A DNA stretch of 63,453 nucleotides, counting the filler, from Conidiobolus incongruus B7586 (lineage: Eukaryota): the NCBI GenBank assembly GCA_000697335.1. It is 15 parts of 15 records of this genome, joined end to end, with 100 filler letters (N's around TTAATTAATTAA, not from the genome) between each part and the next. Parts side by side here need not be neighbours in the genome. Positions count along the whole stretch, not along the records: positions 34,442 to 39,387 come from JNEM01000587.1; positions 39,488 to 44,480 come from JNEM01000588.1; positions 44,581 to 48,875 come from JNEM01000589.1; positions 48,976 to 53,816 come from JNEM01000590.1; 11 more parts are not named here. One strand, given 5' to 3'. Of the stretch, positions 38,486 through 52,293 are shown piece by piece. Numbering within the stretch: position 1 is the first letter of the stretch; every line of letters starts with the position of its first letter. Position numbers and translations under genes: made by a program. Below the pieces are notes generated by a model. It saw nothing but the letters and a program-made list of their open reading frames with translations. It searched no databases and was not told the DNA's origin.

Positions 38486-41400
38486 ACAACAAGTCAAACA
38501 TTGTTTTCCTCTAGCCCATTGGTTTAGATTTAAAGTTAGCGATATTTAAAGAATCCATTCAATTCTCTCACAGTATAATAATATAATCAACGTGACGATT
38601 ATGTTAATTATTGGCAAATTTCGATTTTCTGATAACATAATAACTATTCGTCCAGTATCATTTAAAAAACCAATCATTTATCTATACAGAAAAAATTGTA
38701 AATTTTTTATTTTTCGAACGAAATATCTAATATACAATAAAATGTAATCATAATGTCCCCGATCTGTCCATCAGCAATAGTCGCTATTCAAATTTTTGGA
38801 TTCTTCAATTATTTCTTATAAATAATTGATCCTAACTCAAGACTTCACATCTTTAATCAAAAATTCTTCTTGTTAAATACTTCCTAATTCGGTATTATAT
38901 TAAATCCTAATGAAATCACCAAAATTTCATTTTTATTATTTCATAATTCCAATTTGAAAAATTTCTTTGTTTACTAAAATTGATAATTTTAATGAACCTC
39001 AAATTATTTTGCATATTTCCTAACATTTGAAATTTAAATCTATTTATAACCTTTCTATTTTATCAAAAAGAACTTTAATTCACACAAATAAACAATATAT
39101 TTTATAACATATTTCTTATATAATTTAATTTAAAGTTTTTATAAACTTACACATAAAGAGATCAATATAATATGTAATATATAATAAATTAGAGTGTTTT
39201 TTTAATTATTTTATTAAAAATTTTCAAATTTAACTCTAACAATTAAAATGAATTAAAATCATTGAGCAAAAATTTAAATTTATCCATTTATAGAATAAAT
39301 CAAATTCAATTATAATATATTTTATAAATTTAATTTATTATTTATATTATCAAAATTATTTATATAAAAATATCCATATATTTAGATNNNNNNNNNNNNN
39401 NNNNNNNNNNNNNNNNNNNNNNNNNNNNNNNTTAATTAATTAANNNNNNNNNNNNNNNNNNNNNNNNNNNNNNNNNNNNNNNNNNNNATTTAATATTAAT
39501 AATATCTTTAAGAAATCAAATTAAAAAATTCTGATTTTTTAAATTCTGTAATAATTAATAAATGGAATTTATCAATAGATCTATATTTTGATTAATATTA
39601 AACATTTCATTGTTATAATCACAGATTATAAAGAGTATAAACTATTGTTCAGTTTAGCCTATATTATCAAATGATAATTCATTCAATTGACATAGGAATA
39701 TATTAAACTTATCAGGTATATTCTAAGCTATTGATTTTATATTATTTTTAATTAAATATTATTTTTATATATTGAAAAATAATATTAGTAGTAATTAAGA
39801 TATCAAAATAACATCCAGTATCTTATGTAATAAATGAAGTATATATAGAGTAATATATATATTAAACAAACATAATGCATATTATTCATAAATGATAATT
39901 TAATATTAAATATTTTGTACTTTGGTCCATACGGGGTGGAATTTTCAAAAATAATGAATCATCTTGCATAAAAAAATCTATTCAGTATTATTCAAAATCA
40001 TGTAGATTTTACACATTTTCATAAATTAAAATTGTATTCATTTCGTAACAATGATATCTTGTGTTTGACTAGTGTCATTCTTATATTACTTTAAAAGAAG
40101 CTTAACTTCGATTTCTATGTATTATAGTTGAATTTCATTATTGATGTGGCAGCATTTTTAGTATCTCATATGCATTTTTTTCAAAATAGAGTTATTCATT
40201 TTGAGAGTATGAATTTTTGGGATAGAAAAGCATTTGTGATGATAGATATGTTAAAATGATGACGGTTGAAATATATGCGTCAGAACTATAACTGTGATAT
40301 AATAATTCTTATTAATCATGATTATATTTAAAATAAAAACATTAGTGATTAATTCTTTAAAGTGAACATTTAAATAATATTGTAGTAAAATTTGGTCATA
40401 CAAAATATTTGAAATTGAGTTTGACAAATATCAGAATCATAATTTTAATAATAACTTGCAAAATACTAAAAATATTTTATATCTCTGCAATAAGATAATT
40501 ATAAAACTAGAAATTAAATATAATATAATCTTCTATTAGTTGATTTTTTAATCATTGCAATATTCTTTCAAAATATAAATTTCAAATTTTTCGACTTGAA
40601 AACTCAAAATATTTTGAACAGAGTCTATTGAAATTCTAATTTAATAAAAATCAATCTCAAAATTGTATTGTTTAGAAATTTCAAAACTAAACTTTATGAA
40701 ATATATTTAATGAATAGAATATAAATAATGTTGATATTAAATTTAAGTTCGAAATTATATAAATTAAGATAATAATAAATGAATTTAATAATAAAGATTA
40801 AGGCTTTTTCTAATATAAATTTTATATCACTATAAAAATAAACATATATTATTCAGTATTAAATTTTCTTATATTAAAATAGATGTTTTAATCTCATAAA
40901 TTATTCATACATATAAAGCGCTTGTGATGACATTATGTCCTTCATCAAATGCGCATTCATCAATAGAGTATAGTGGTAAGATTTTCAAATTTTTTACTAT
41001 CAATCTTGTTTAAATGCTATTTGGGACTCTCAAATATTTCATAATCATATGATTATATAAATCAAATAAGGATATATTATATAAAAAACTTGAATATATT
41101 TTTGATTTTATTATTTTTATGTATTTATTAACTTTCTCTTATTTGTTTGGTTTATATAAGAAATAGTTGGTTGAATATTATGCAAAAGATTTATCTTATA
41201 TCTGATTAAAAAAAATTCGTTTAAATACTAAATTTTCTAATTTAAGGAGTATAGTGTAGCAAATTTACATCTATTATAATTAAATGCATCTGTGGTACAA
41301 TATATTTAAAAAACCATTAGTATCATGAATTTATGTTTAATTGATGTTATATCTGGAGTTTGGATATCAATGTATTTAATATGTATTTACGAAAAATTGA

Positions 41401-41799
41401 TATTCTTTTTCAGTCTAACCGATACAAAGAGTTTTGAAAATTACTATTGAACCTTTAAATTCATATATACATATATATAATAAAGGGAGTATAGATTTAG
41501 ATAATATATATCAAATATCAAATATTATGGATTTTTTTATTTAAAAAAATTTAATAATATCTAATTTTAGATTAGGTATAAAAAAACTTATATTTAGATT
41601 ATTTAGAAAACCACAAAATGATTTCATTAAAACTTTTTGTTAAAAATAAATTAAAATATTCCCATTAAATTTAAAATTAAATTAATATTTTAATAAGTTT
41701 TTATATCATTCGTTTATTATTCATTTTTATAAATTATAACTTAATCATAATATTAAAAATACCATATAATAATAAAAATCATAAATTTTATTGTTTACA

Positions 41800-42462
41800 A
41801 TGATAAAAACAAATAAGAAATATTTAATATTAACTGTCGTTGCAGCTGTTATAGTATTAAGTTTAATATTTTCAGGTGCTTTTAGTACCCCCAAAAAAGA
41901 ATTCACTCAACCTCCTGCTATCAATAAACTCAATAACAACTTGAAGTTGGAGCCTTTGAGACCTGGTAATCAGGAGGTTGAAATGGGCGGTACCATTATG
42001 TCAGAATTGGGAGACCCTGAAATCAAGTAATTTTTATAAATATGATTTATCAAATTTATAGCTTAAATTAAAATTTTATAGAGCTGAGTTGGGACGTTCT
42101 GCTTGGAAACTCATTCACACTATGACTGCTAGATTCCCTATCAAGCCAAGTAAAGATGAACAAAAAGCTCTTGAACAGTGGTTTAGATTATTTAGTCGAT
42201 TATATCCTTGTGGTCAATGGTAATTCCATCACTTCAGTCAAAATGCATGAGATATTAAATTTGATGATATAGTGCTAGACACTTCCAAGGTCTTTTAGTA
42301 GATAAACCACCCAGAGTAGGCTCAAGAGAGGAAGCTTCAACATGGGCTTGTGAAATTCACAATATGGTTAATGACAGATTAGGTAAACCTCACTTTGACT
42401 GCTCGAAAATAGCAGAAGTTTATAAGTGCGGCTGTTCTGAAGAGGATGAAGTTGCACCTTAA
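41800..42462 (+). CDS. ERV2: Erv2-type FAD-linked sulfhydryl oxidase, 3 exons (41800-42026, 42082-42219, 42273-42462)
   Basis: N-terminal signal anchor, ELGRSAWKLIHT, YPCGQCARHF (CxxC), WACEIHNMVNDRLGKPHFDC and the C-terminal CGC tail typical of Erv2. Confidence 0.92.
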
Positions 42463-43425
42463 AATAGCTTTAAATTTTATTAAAATTAATGAATTTTTAA
42501 TTAATGTTGGCAATGTTTTATTGGATCATAATTAATCTTTTGATTTCAATAATATTTATTTTCATTGTATTCTCAAATATCCAAGTGAACACTGATATGG
42601 CAAATAGTATTATTTATTTTTAATACTTCTATTTTACACTAAATACATTATATATGAATTGAAATTTATATTATAATAAAATATTAATTATTTAATCATT
42701 TATGAGATATATATATATATATATATATCTCAAATGAAATTTAAATCGTAAAATTATTTATAACTTCAATATCAATCTTATGAATTTTTTAAATTCACTT
42801 GAATAATATTTATCTACAGTTAGTATAAATTCATATTCAACAAATATATAAACCCTTTATCCTCTTAATATTATTTTGTTTAGTTCTATTTATAAATATC
42901 TATTTATTATTTAACAATCATTTCCAGTTTTCTTTAATTGTTGATAATTAAATAATTTTAAGTTTATTCTTTTAAGATTCAAATAAAATTTTCAATTGAA
43001 AAACTTGTTTGAATATTGAGAATTTTTTAATTTATAAAAATATATTATATTTAACATCTAAAATATAAATTATTAATTTTTCTTACATTTTTATAATATA
43101 TTTATATCATTGAAAAAACTTTTCAACTTTGCTGTGGAAATTTATTAATAAAGTTCAAAATCAAAATAATATCTGAGAGTGCATAAAGGAGGAAAAATTA
43201 TACATTAATTTACAATTGCATGATTAGAAAATAAATATTTATAATTTTAAAACCAAATTCAGGGTTATTTTAAGAGTTATTTGTAGCCACTATTTATTAA
43301 TCGTAAAATTGTTTATAATGTTCTATAAATATTAAAAACCAATATATTTATTATTTATATATTGAAAAAATTTAAAAAAATTTTGTATTGAGAAATAATA
43401 TAAAAAAATTATATATAAAATAGAG

Positions 43426-43506
43426 CGACAAGAGCAGGATTTGAACCTACGCGGGAAATCCCATGTGCTTTCTAGGCACACGCCTTAACCACTCGGCCAT
43501 CTTGTC
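43426..43506 (-). tRNA. tRNA-Ser (anticodon AGA)
   Basis: GACAAGA-TG-GCCGAGTGGTTAAGGC-G-TGTGC-CT AGA AA-GCACA-variable arm TGGGATTTCCCGC-GTAGG TTCAAAT CCTGC-TCTTGTC-G. Complete cloverleaf, long variable arm, G discriminator, no intron. Confidence 0.95.
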
Positions 43507-45929
43507 TTATAATTTAATAGATTTTATTTTGAATTATAACAGAATTTTTAACCTTTAGTTTTAAATTTGTTTCAATATTAATTTAATATATATATTAATT
43601 TTTTTTGATATTCTCTTTGAATAAATATCTGCTCCCTTTGTAATAACTATTACATTCATTTGTTTTATTATCAATACCCAATTTCTTTCATTATAAATTC
43701 TATTCAAATTATTTAAAATTATATCTTTTTCTTAATCCATATAAATCCATAAGAATATTTTATTACAAAAATTTTCTATAAATAATTTAATTTTCGAAAT
43801 GATTAAAATTAAATACATCAATAATGAATTTTGAAAAACAATATTAAAAATTGTTACTAATTTAAGTTTCATTCCGAAATTTGACTTTATATATTAATTA
43901 AATTGATGCATTTAATAAAATATATCTATCCATTAATATATATCATAATTTATTAATAACAACTAAAATATAGAAATATGTCTTATATAGTTTTTTAAAT
44001 TTTCAAAATAATTTTATAAATTTTAGTAAATAATTAATATAGAAAATATATAATGTCCAAATTTGAAAATCAATATTAAAAATAATTTTTAATATATGTG
44101 GTACAAAATTAATGAAATAAATTATAATTAATATTCTCTTTCATGGTTGATAACTTTCTGTTATACTTTTGGCATGCTTTTAATACTTAAAACACAGTTT
44201 TTTTATTAAAGACAAATATTTAATATTTCACAAATTAATTCAATTTTCTTAATAAAGTTATTATAATAATATTGATTAAAAATCCTTAAATATATTAAAT
44301 AGAGTAGTTTTTGATTTTGTTATATAGAAAATCCCTTATAACTTTAACAAAGTATATTTTAAAATTAATATATATAATAAAAAATACCTTTAATTTATAA
44401 TAAGAGTTTTAATTAAAATACAATTTATTTAAAAAATATATAACTTATTTATAATTCATTTAATATTAAAAATTAAATAANNNNNNNNNNNNNNNNNNNN
44501 NNNNNNNNNNNNNNNNNNNNNNNNTTAATTAATTAANNNNNNNNNNNNNNNNNNNNNNNNNNNNNNNNNNNNNNNNNNNNAAAAATATAAAATAATAAAT
44601 TATAATATAAATATTAAGAATAAATATATCAATTCCAAATATTAAATATAAAGATATCCTTAGAAATTAAAATATTAATTAAATATTATAGTAATAATAA
44701 TTTGTTTGATAAAAAATATAAAAAGTATAAAATAAATATTTTAAATCTTTAAGTTATATTAAAAAATCAGTTTATGAAAGTTATCAAAATAAAATATAAT
44801 TCTGTGTATTTATGCATTTCTAAAATATATTACTTATAATTATTAAATATTTCAATTATCACATAATTCTCAAACTCTAAACCTTTATTAGTATAATAAT
44901 AATTTAAATTCTTATTGAAAGGAAATTAAAATATATTTATGATTGATATCCATTTATATTTTTATTCTTCAAATTTATCCTTTATTTCTAATTTTGGTAT
45001 TATATTAAATATCTTTAATTTATTCTTTATAATTTTTAATTGAATGTGAATGATAGGTTTTATCAAATTGCCACTGGGAAGTTTGTTTCACAAACTAATT
45101 TATTAAGTCACAATTGATCCAGTTAAAATTGTTTTTACCTTTTAAAAACAATCAATAAATTTTGTTAACAAATATGTGTGAGATTCAGTATCAAATTAAT
45201 ATTTCAAATTTGAATGAGAATTCAAAATTGTTTCATTCTAATTTGTCTTTGTATATAATCAGTTTGTACACTTAATTCGATACTACTTTTATTTTTAAGT
45301 ATGCAATTGATAATTAAGCATGATAATTTATTTTCAAATATTCTCCAAGCTGTATTAATATGATTCAAATATATCATAATATTAAATTATTCATATTTGG
45401 TAAATATTACAATGTAACAATAATATAAATTTCTATACTCCACCTTAATTTAATCATTTTGTGTTAATATTGATATTATTAGATTATAAGTTGTGATTCA
45501 AACCAGTTAGAGAAATATATATTTAATTGAATCTTACGACTATTTGACCAGATTCAAAACTTTTATCAAAGTTGACTTTTGACTTTATATTATAATCAAA
45601 GATGATCTAATAGATTAAATAGGAATAGTTTAGATTGATAAAGATATAAATAATTCAAGTAAATATCGGAGTGACTTTCAATTAAACTGATTTTTCCATA
45701 ATTTACACTGATAAGATTTACAATTTTTCCGAGATTTATATAGAATTTATAAAGAAATTTAGGAAAAACTCAATAAAATAAAAATCATTTTAATAAATAG
45801 TATATAGGTAATGGGTGAATATTGATTTTCTATTTGATATAATGAACTTATTCAGGTATTTTTCAATTGGTATAAATAGGACGCTCCCTTTTCAATCTAT
45901 AGGTTAACTTGATAGTTTTGATATTCATC

Positions 45930-47153
45930 ATGTCCAAACATTTAACTAGATCACAGAGAGAGGGTAAAATTCCTTTTAATGAACTTCCCCTTCATAAACA
46001 AATCAATTGGGTGCATGCCGTACTATTGTTAGGAGAGCCTTTAGTCAGTTTGTATGGTATTTTATATGTTCCTTTAAAGAAGCCAACTCTGATATGGGCA
46101 ATTATTTGGTATTATATGACTGGTATTGGTATTACTGGTGGCTACCACAGATTGTTTGCCCACAGAGCATACAAGGCACCATTCATTACTAGACTCTATT
46201 ATGCTCTTACAGGTGCAGGCGCTGTTCAGGGTTCTATATTATGGTGGTCTAGAGACCATCGAGTTCACCATCGCTACACAGATACTTTGAAAGATCCCTA
46301 CTCCGCTCAAAGAGGCTTATGGTGGTCCCATTTAGGCTGGATGATTTTTAAGAAAGATCGTGATTTAATCGGTAATGCCGAAGTTGATGACTTGGAAGCT
46401 GACTCTATTGTCATGTGGCAACATAAGAACTTCTTGTGGATTGCTATTTTCATGTCCCTCGTTTTTCCTACTTTAGTCGCTTCATTTTGGGGAGATGCTA
46501 TTGGTGGATACTTCTATGCCGGCGTTATTAGAATGATGTTTGTTCATCATGCCACTTTTTGTGTCAACAGTCTTGCTCATTGGTTAGGAGAGAGTACTTT
46601 TGATGATAAACATACTCCCAGAGATCACATTTTCACTGCTTTAATCACCATGGGAGAAGGTTACCACAATTTCCACCACCAATTCCCTCAAGATTACCGC
46701 AATGCCATCAAATTCTGGCAATATGATCCTACCAAATGGTTCATCAGATTATTAGCTTTCTTTGGATTGGCTTACGATCTTAAGGTATTTCCCGAAAATG
46801 AAGTGAGAAAAGGAGTTATCAATATGAAGCAAAAGAAACTTGACGAAGAAAAGAAGACAATCAACTGGGGCACTCCGTTGGATGAATTACCTATGTACAC
46901 TATGGAAGAATTCTTGAATGAAGTTAAGGAGAACAACAGACAGTGGATAATTGTTGATGATGTGATTCACGACGTCACAGACTTTTTTGATGAGCACCCT
47001 GGTGGTAGAAAGTACTTGAAGCTCGGAATTGGTAGAGATGCTTCTGAAATGTTCCATGGTAAAATTTATGATCATAGCAATGCTGCTAACAACCTTCTAT
47101 CTCAGATGAGAGTTGGCCGCTTAGAAACCCCCAACAAACATCACCATGACTAA
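45930..47153 (+). CDS. OLE1: Delta-9 acyl-CoA desaturase with fused C-terminal cytochrome b5
   Basis: His boxes HRLFAH, HRVHH and HNFHH, and HPGG heme motif in the C-terminal b5 domain. First ATG is at 45930 (the ORF track starts at an upstream TTG). Confidence 0.96.
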   Translation: MSKHLTRSQREGKIPFNELPLHKQINWVHAVLLLGEPLVSLYGILYVPLKKPTLIWAIIWYYMTGIGITGGYHRLFAHRAYKAPFITRLYYALTGAGAVQGSILWWSRDHRVHHRYTDTLKDPYSAQRGLWWSHLGWMIFKKDRDLIGNAEVDDLEADSIVMWQHKNFLWIAIFMSLVFPTLVASFWGDAIGGYFYAGVIRMMFVHHATFCVNSLAHWLGESTFDDKHTPRDHIFTALITMGEGYHNFHHQFPQDYRNAIKFWQYDPTKWFIRLLAFFGLAYDLKVFPENEVRKGVINMKQKKLDEEKKTINWGTPLDELPMYTMEEFLNEVKENNRQWIIVDDVIHDVTDFFDEHPGGRKYLKLGIGRDASEMFHGKIYDHSNAANNLLSQMRVGRLETPNKHHHD

Positions 47154-49282
47154 ACAAAATTTTTTATAAAAATGTTTTACTATTATTATCATTACTTTAT
47201 ATATGAATCAACAATAAATACTATTATCAATTACTTTAGTTTTCATACATTGTATCTGTATCTTTTCTATTCTCTATTGAATAACCCCATTATATCAATA
47301 GTCATGTTATCATTCGATTATATTCAATAATGGATTTTATTTATGAATATTCCTATTACTTATTTAATTTAAAGGATACGAATCTATATATTAGTCGTAT
47401 TTCAACTAAACATAGCCAAACCTGATTAATAAATAAATATAGAATCGATTTGGTAAAAAAAATGCTTACATTTTATCAAGAACATAATATGATAGAATAT
47501 CTAAAGGGGTAACTATTTGATAAATATCTATTTACTCTTTTTAATTATATTTTCAAATAAAATAAACTTTGAAAAATCTGTATATGAGAGAATGTGATAA
47601 TGACTTGTTGAAAATTAATCTAATAAAATTCTTATATGAATATTCACGCTTACAATTAAACTTGTTTACAATTGATTAAATCTGATCATCCTTATCCAAG
47701 TCTTGTATGGAGCCCAGGGACCACAAAGAGGTAAGCTCCAACGCTCACCCAGCAAGACTAGCACAATTGACTGTTAGATAGCGAAGGAGTATGCTTTTAG
47801 CAGTAATGATATTTTGATCCATCTCCAAATAATATTGAGGACGTTTGAAAATCTTGCTTGATCCAAGTTATTTATGAAAATATCCACAATTGCTACTTGT
47901 TTTGTTTGTGTGACGTTTGCTACTGAGATTACCTTGCACAAAGGGTATTGTCTTGTTATGTTTTGCTCTAGTTTGTAATAAGACTATCTTAGCATTGTTT
48001 ATATATTTTTACTCTTAATTTTTTATCAATTATTTTTACCATCTTTTAAGTCTCTAATTCAAGAAACAAAAATAGTATCAAATTATTTAATAATTCATTC
48101 GGTAAATTCCTTATATATCTTATTTACAAGATTTGTAACTTGTTTTAATATTTTTTTCTCATTTTTTGAAATTTTCATTGCAAATTACCATTTGAAATTA
48201 TTTTTTTTGAAGTGAAGTATATTAAATAAAAATTTAAATTGACTTAAAGGTAATATTTAATAAATAATTAAAATAAATTCAATTATATAAAAATTTATAT
48301 ATTATAATTAAAGATTAGAAATCCTTCAATTATATTTTACTTAAAATTTAATTAATGTTTTAAATACTTGATAATATTAATTATAAAAATAAAACCTATT
48401 AAGTTTTGTTAATAAAAAATATTGAAAATAGCTGATATATGTTATTAGTAACATAGTTAAAAAAACTTATAATATGAATAAATAAAACAGATATATCAAT
48501 GATTTAGTAATATTTTAACTTGATAATATTTATTTAAAATTCATTTTTTTATAAATAATTTGTATCAAATATAATTAAAATATTTATATATTTTTAATTT
48601 GATTTTAATAAGCAAATATTGTTATTAATTTGTTTTTATTTTGGAAAGATTATTATTTTCAATATAATATATATTTTTTATTATATTATTGAAATAATAC
48701 TAATATTCAAATAATAAAATATTATAAAAATTTTACTTTATTTTATTATTTAATTAATTATTTTTTATATAGTTTAAATTAGATTTTTTTGCCATATATT
48801 GAATTTTATTTATTATTATATAATAAATATATTATTTAAAGCTTTAATAATATAAATATATAATAAATATATTAANNNNNNNNNNNNNNNNNNNNNNNNN
48901 NNNNNNNNNNNNNNNNNNNTTAATTAATTAANNNNNNNNNNNNNNNNNNNNNNNNNNNNNNNNNNNNNNNNNNNNAATTTTTATAAAACCAAACTATTAA
49001 AATTTAAAAATAACTATATTTAATTTTATAGATATATACTTTATTAATATATGTATGATTATTAAAATTCAGTGAAAAAGTATTTCAACTATAACAACCT
49101 GTAACAAAAAAATCAATATAAAATTTTATGGAATTAATATTGATAAAAAATTAATCATTCTATATTTCAAATATCAATCACTTATCACTCATTTGAAAAA
49201 TTACAGTTTATAATCCCTAGTAATTTTGAAATTAATGAATTATCTGTGAAACGAGAAAATCGAACAGATTGCATTGAATTAT

Positions 49283-49955
49283 CCAATCATTATCGTACAT
49301 TATTATTTACGGCTTTAATGTTTCGTTTATATTTTAACCAATCAAATAAAAAACCAATTTGATAAAATTCAAAAATTAAATTGCAACCCATTGTCTAAAT
49401 AAAAAATATAGAAAACAAAGTTTATATCGATATATAACATAATTATATATAATAAAATATCTGGTTCGATATGATTTAACCCTTGATGATTCTTTAAAAT
49501 ACACAAATGCAAAAAATATTCACAAGATAAAAATCAGCCAATTAAAATGAAGTTTTTAATCACACCCAAACTATTGACTATTCAAACAAAATGAATTTAA
49601 TTTTAAACTAAATCAGTTAAACCCAAACCAATACAAAACAATTTGATCAATTGGTAGATGCTCATTTCCCCACTTTCATATTGTTTCCTCAATTCTATTC
49701 CCATTATATTATAAATTATCTCCGCCAATTCCAGTTTGATATCTATTCTGACACTTAAACACCAATGCGAATTAGCCAAACTATGACCAATTGCTAAACT
49801 AATTGCATAATCCATTTAATAAATTGAATAACAAATATAAAACACTGTTTTTTATTCTTCAACCATTCTGTAAATACTATTTGAATATTTTTCTAATTAA
49901 TTAATTAATTAATATTTTACTATTTTTCACTACTCTTTACTTGTTTATTACCAAT
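49283..49955 (+). promoter_or_regulatory. Cluster of CCAAT boxes upstream of the MIT-domain gene
   Basis: Nine + strand CCAAT pentamers at 49283, 49338, 49354, 49538, 49628, 49725, 49762, 49787 and 49951. Function is inferred only. Confidence 0.35.
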
Positions 49956-50105
49956 CCTTATATTATTCAATACTTGCTTACACACTACTTTAAGAACTCA
50001 ACCTTTGTATTGTATATAGTATTTTAAAAAAAACCAGCTAAACAGTATTCAAACTTTTGTTTGTAAATTTATTCAGCTTAATATACCCTAAATAACAAAA
50101 CTCCA

Positions 50106-52293
50106 ATGATTACTACAAGCATAATGCCCAGTCATATATCTCCACAGTCCCGTGATACGATTCATTATCGAAGTCCTAGTACTAATAGCACAAATAGTAA
50201 TACTAACAATACCAACAATACCAATTATACCTCTTCAAGTTCAATTCAAAACTCAACTATATCTCATTCTCAAGCACTCTTATTTAATGCTCTACAAAAA
50301 GCACAGCTGGCTGTTGAACTAGATAATGAAAATGATTTTATTACAGCACTATCAGCCTATCAAGAAGCATTAGACCTAATTGAAGAGGTCTTAAATCATA
50401 ATTCACAAACTGACCCTAAGGCTAATAATCCAACTAGAAACCGTCTAATTGATATTGTAAGCTTTTACTATTCATATGTAATACCACTTTATTTATACAT
50501 TCTATTTAGCAACAAGCATATCTTGAGAGAGTGACCCTATTAACGAGCTATCTGAATGCAACTCCTGAACTTAGTTTTCTAAACCCTAGTCATGACATAA
50601 ATACGGTAGAGGAATCTACACTAAGTGGATACGATTCCATTTCTGATTCTACTAGTCTTCTACTTAGCTCAAGTTATTCTAATTTAAATCCCGACATTCC
50701 TAATTCACCGATATCTAGAACTATTGGTATAGACAATAATGATTTTGACCAATATGAGCTTGAGTATCTTCCCCCTTTATCACTTAATGATACCGATGCC
50801 TATATTATTAATCAGTCTGAAAATACATTGACCGATTCCAGTAAGTCTTACACCATAATTTACATTTTCAAATATATTAAATTTGTTTAGATACTCTATC
50901 TATTTGGAATGAGCAAAAACCAGATGTAAATCAATCTCGTCCATCAGTTTTTCATGGCCTGAAGATAACCACCAATTTTGATAAATCTTATAAAAGCGAT
51001 CCACTATCAAACTCGGAACAAACTTCTTTTGACCAACTAGATGACCCAGCTGCTCTCTCTTTGCCAAAACTCATAGAAGAAGATGAAAATGATAATTTTA
51101 TAACCGATAATCCAGTCAAACAAGCCAATTCTTCCAAACAGTTATCTATCGCTCAAAAACATCAATCAGTGCCTGTAATTCCTAATATTAACCACTTTAT
51201 ATCAGAGTCCCTCCCAAAGCAATCTTATCAGCCTAAAGGTCAAATCATCTCTGAACCACAATCTTCTCCCCCAGCTCCAAATGTTTATGTTTCCAAAAGC
51301 CACTCCATTCACCCAAAGACACTTCCCAATCAGCGCCATTCTACGATCATTGCTGCAAATGATGCATATTCTAACTTAACCAGCTCACCCTACACTCCAC
51401 CTTTAACTAATGTCATGAATACTATATATGAAGGATCCTCGGGCTCTGCCTCTCCAACCACGATCCATACCAGACAATTCTCCATCCCAAACATCCCCCG
51501 TCCAAGTTCCTTCCTTCTTCCTACCTCTCAGACACTTGAATATCATGACACTTCAGAAGTCACACCTGCATCCAGGAGATCTAGCCTATCCGCAATCCAG
51601 AGGTTCTTCTATGAAAGCTCTGTTAATTCAGCTACATTCATCCCTCCACCTCAATCATCAGAATTAAGAGTCTTTTGGCTAATGCGCAATTTGGAAACTT
51701 CTATGATTAGCGGAGGCTATATTACTAAGAAACTTTATATTCCTAAACATTTATGGTACCAAGATAGTATCAAAATCCCAGCCATTGAAATGAAAACAAG
51801 TAGTTGTGAAATTATCACTAGCTGCTTGGAAAAATTCCAAAATATTAATTTTAAAGATCCTTACAAAGTTCTTAGAGAGCTTGAAGGATTTGATCACGTT
51901 TTAACAAGCGTTCAAAATGGATTGGCCAAGAAACTACCCTTCATTCAGCCATTGAAACGCCCATCTTCAAGTTCAGCCCTTCTCTCTTTCGGAAACAAGC
52001 TTACAAAATCAATGAAAATGCAATTATTACAGCTCAAAACTAACCAATCTCACGTTACATCTCTTTATATTAACAATGTAAGCAAACTCTTAAGAACATC
52101 CCAGTTTCTAGAACAATGGTATGTCCATTATCAAAGTAAAATGACTTTAGATAGTTTAAACAGTCAAGTTTTAACTCGACTCAATACTGTTACTGGATTT
52201 TTCAATTGTGTCATCTGTGCCTTTATTTTAAGAGATCTAAGTATCCTCTTGTATAAGCATAACAAACGGGCCAAGTTGTATTCTAATGAGTAA
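50106..52293 (+). CDS. Fungal MIT-domain protein, 3 exons (50106-50456, 50510-50840, 50891-52293)
   Basis: ALQKAQLAVELDNENDFITALSAYQEALDLI..LIDI/QQAYLERVTLL is an MIT three-helix domain. A long S/P-rich linker leads to a conserved-looking C-terminal region (FWLMRNL..GGYITKKLYIPKHLWYQ). Splicing keeps the frame. Confidence 0.85.

Noticed and set aside
43426..43506. Amber suppressor (CUA) or selenocysteine tRNA that could explain the in-frame TAGs
   Set aside because: The 7-nt loop CT-AGA-AA puts AGA at the anticodon. The 7-bp acceptor stem and normal arms fit an ordinary tRNA-Ser.
47780..47935. TPP riboswitch (CTGAGA, CTTGATC and GCGAAGGA words present)
   Set aside because: The words occur in reverse order and without the required pairing, and no thiamine gene is adjacent.
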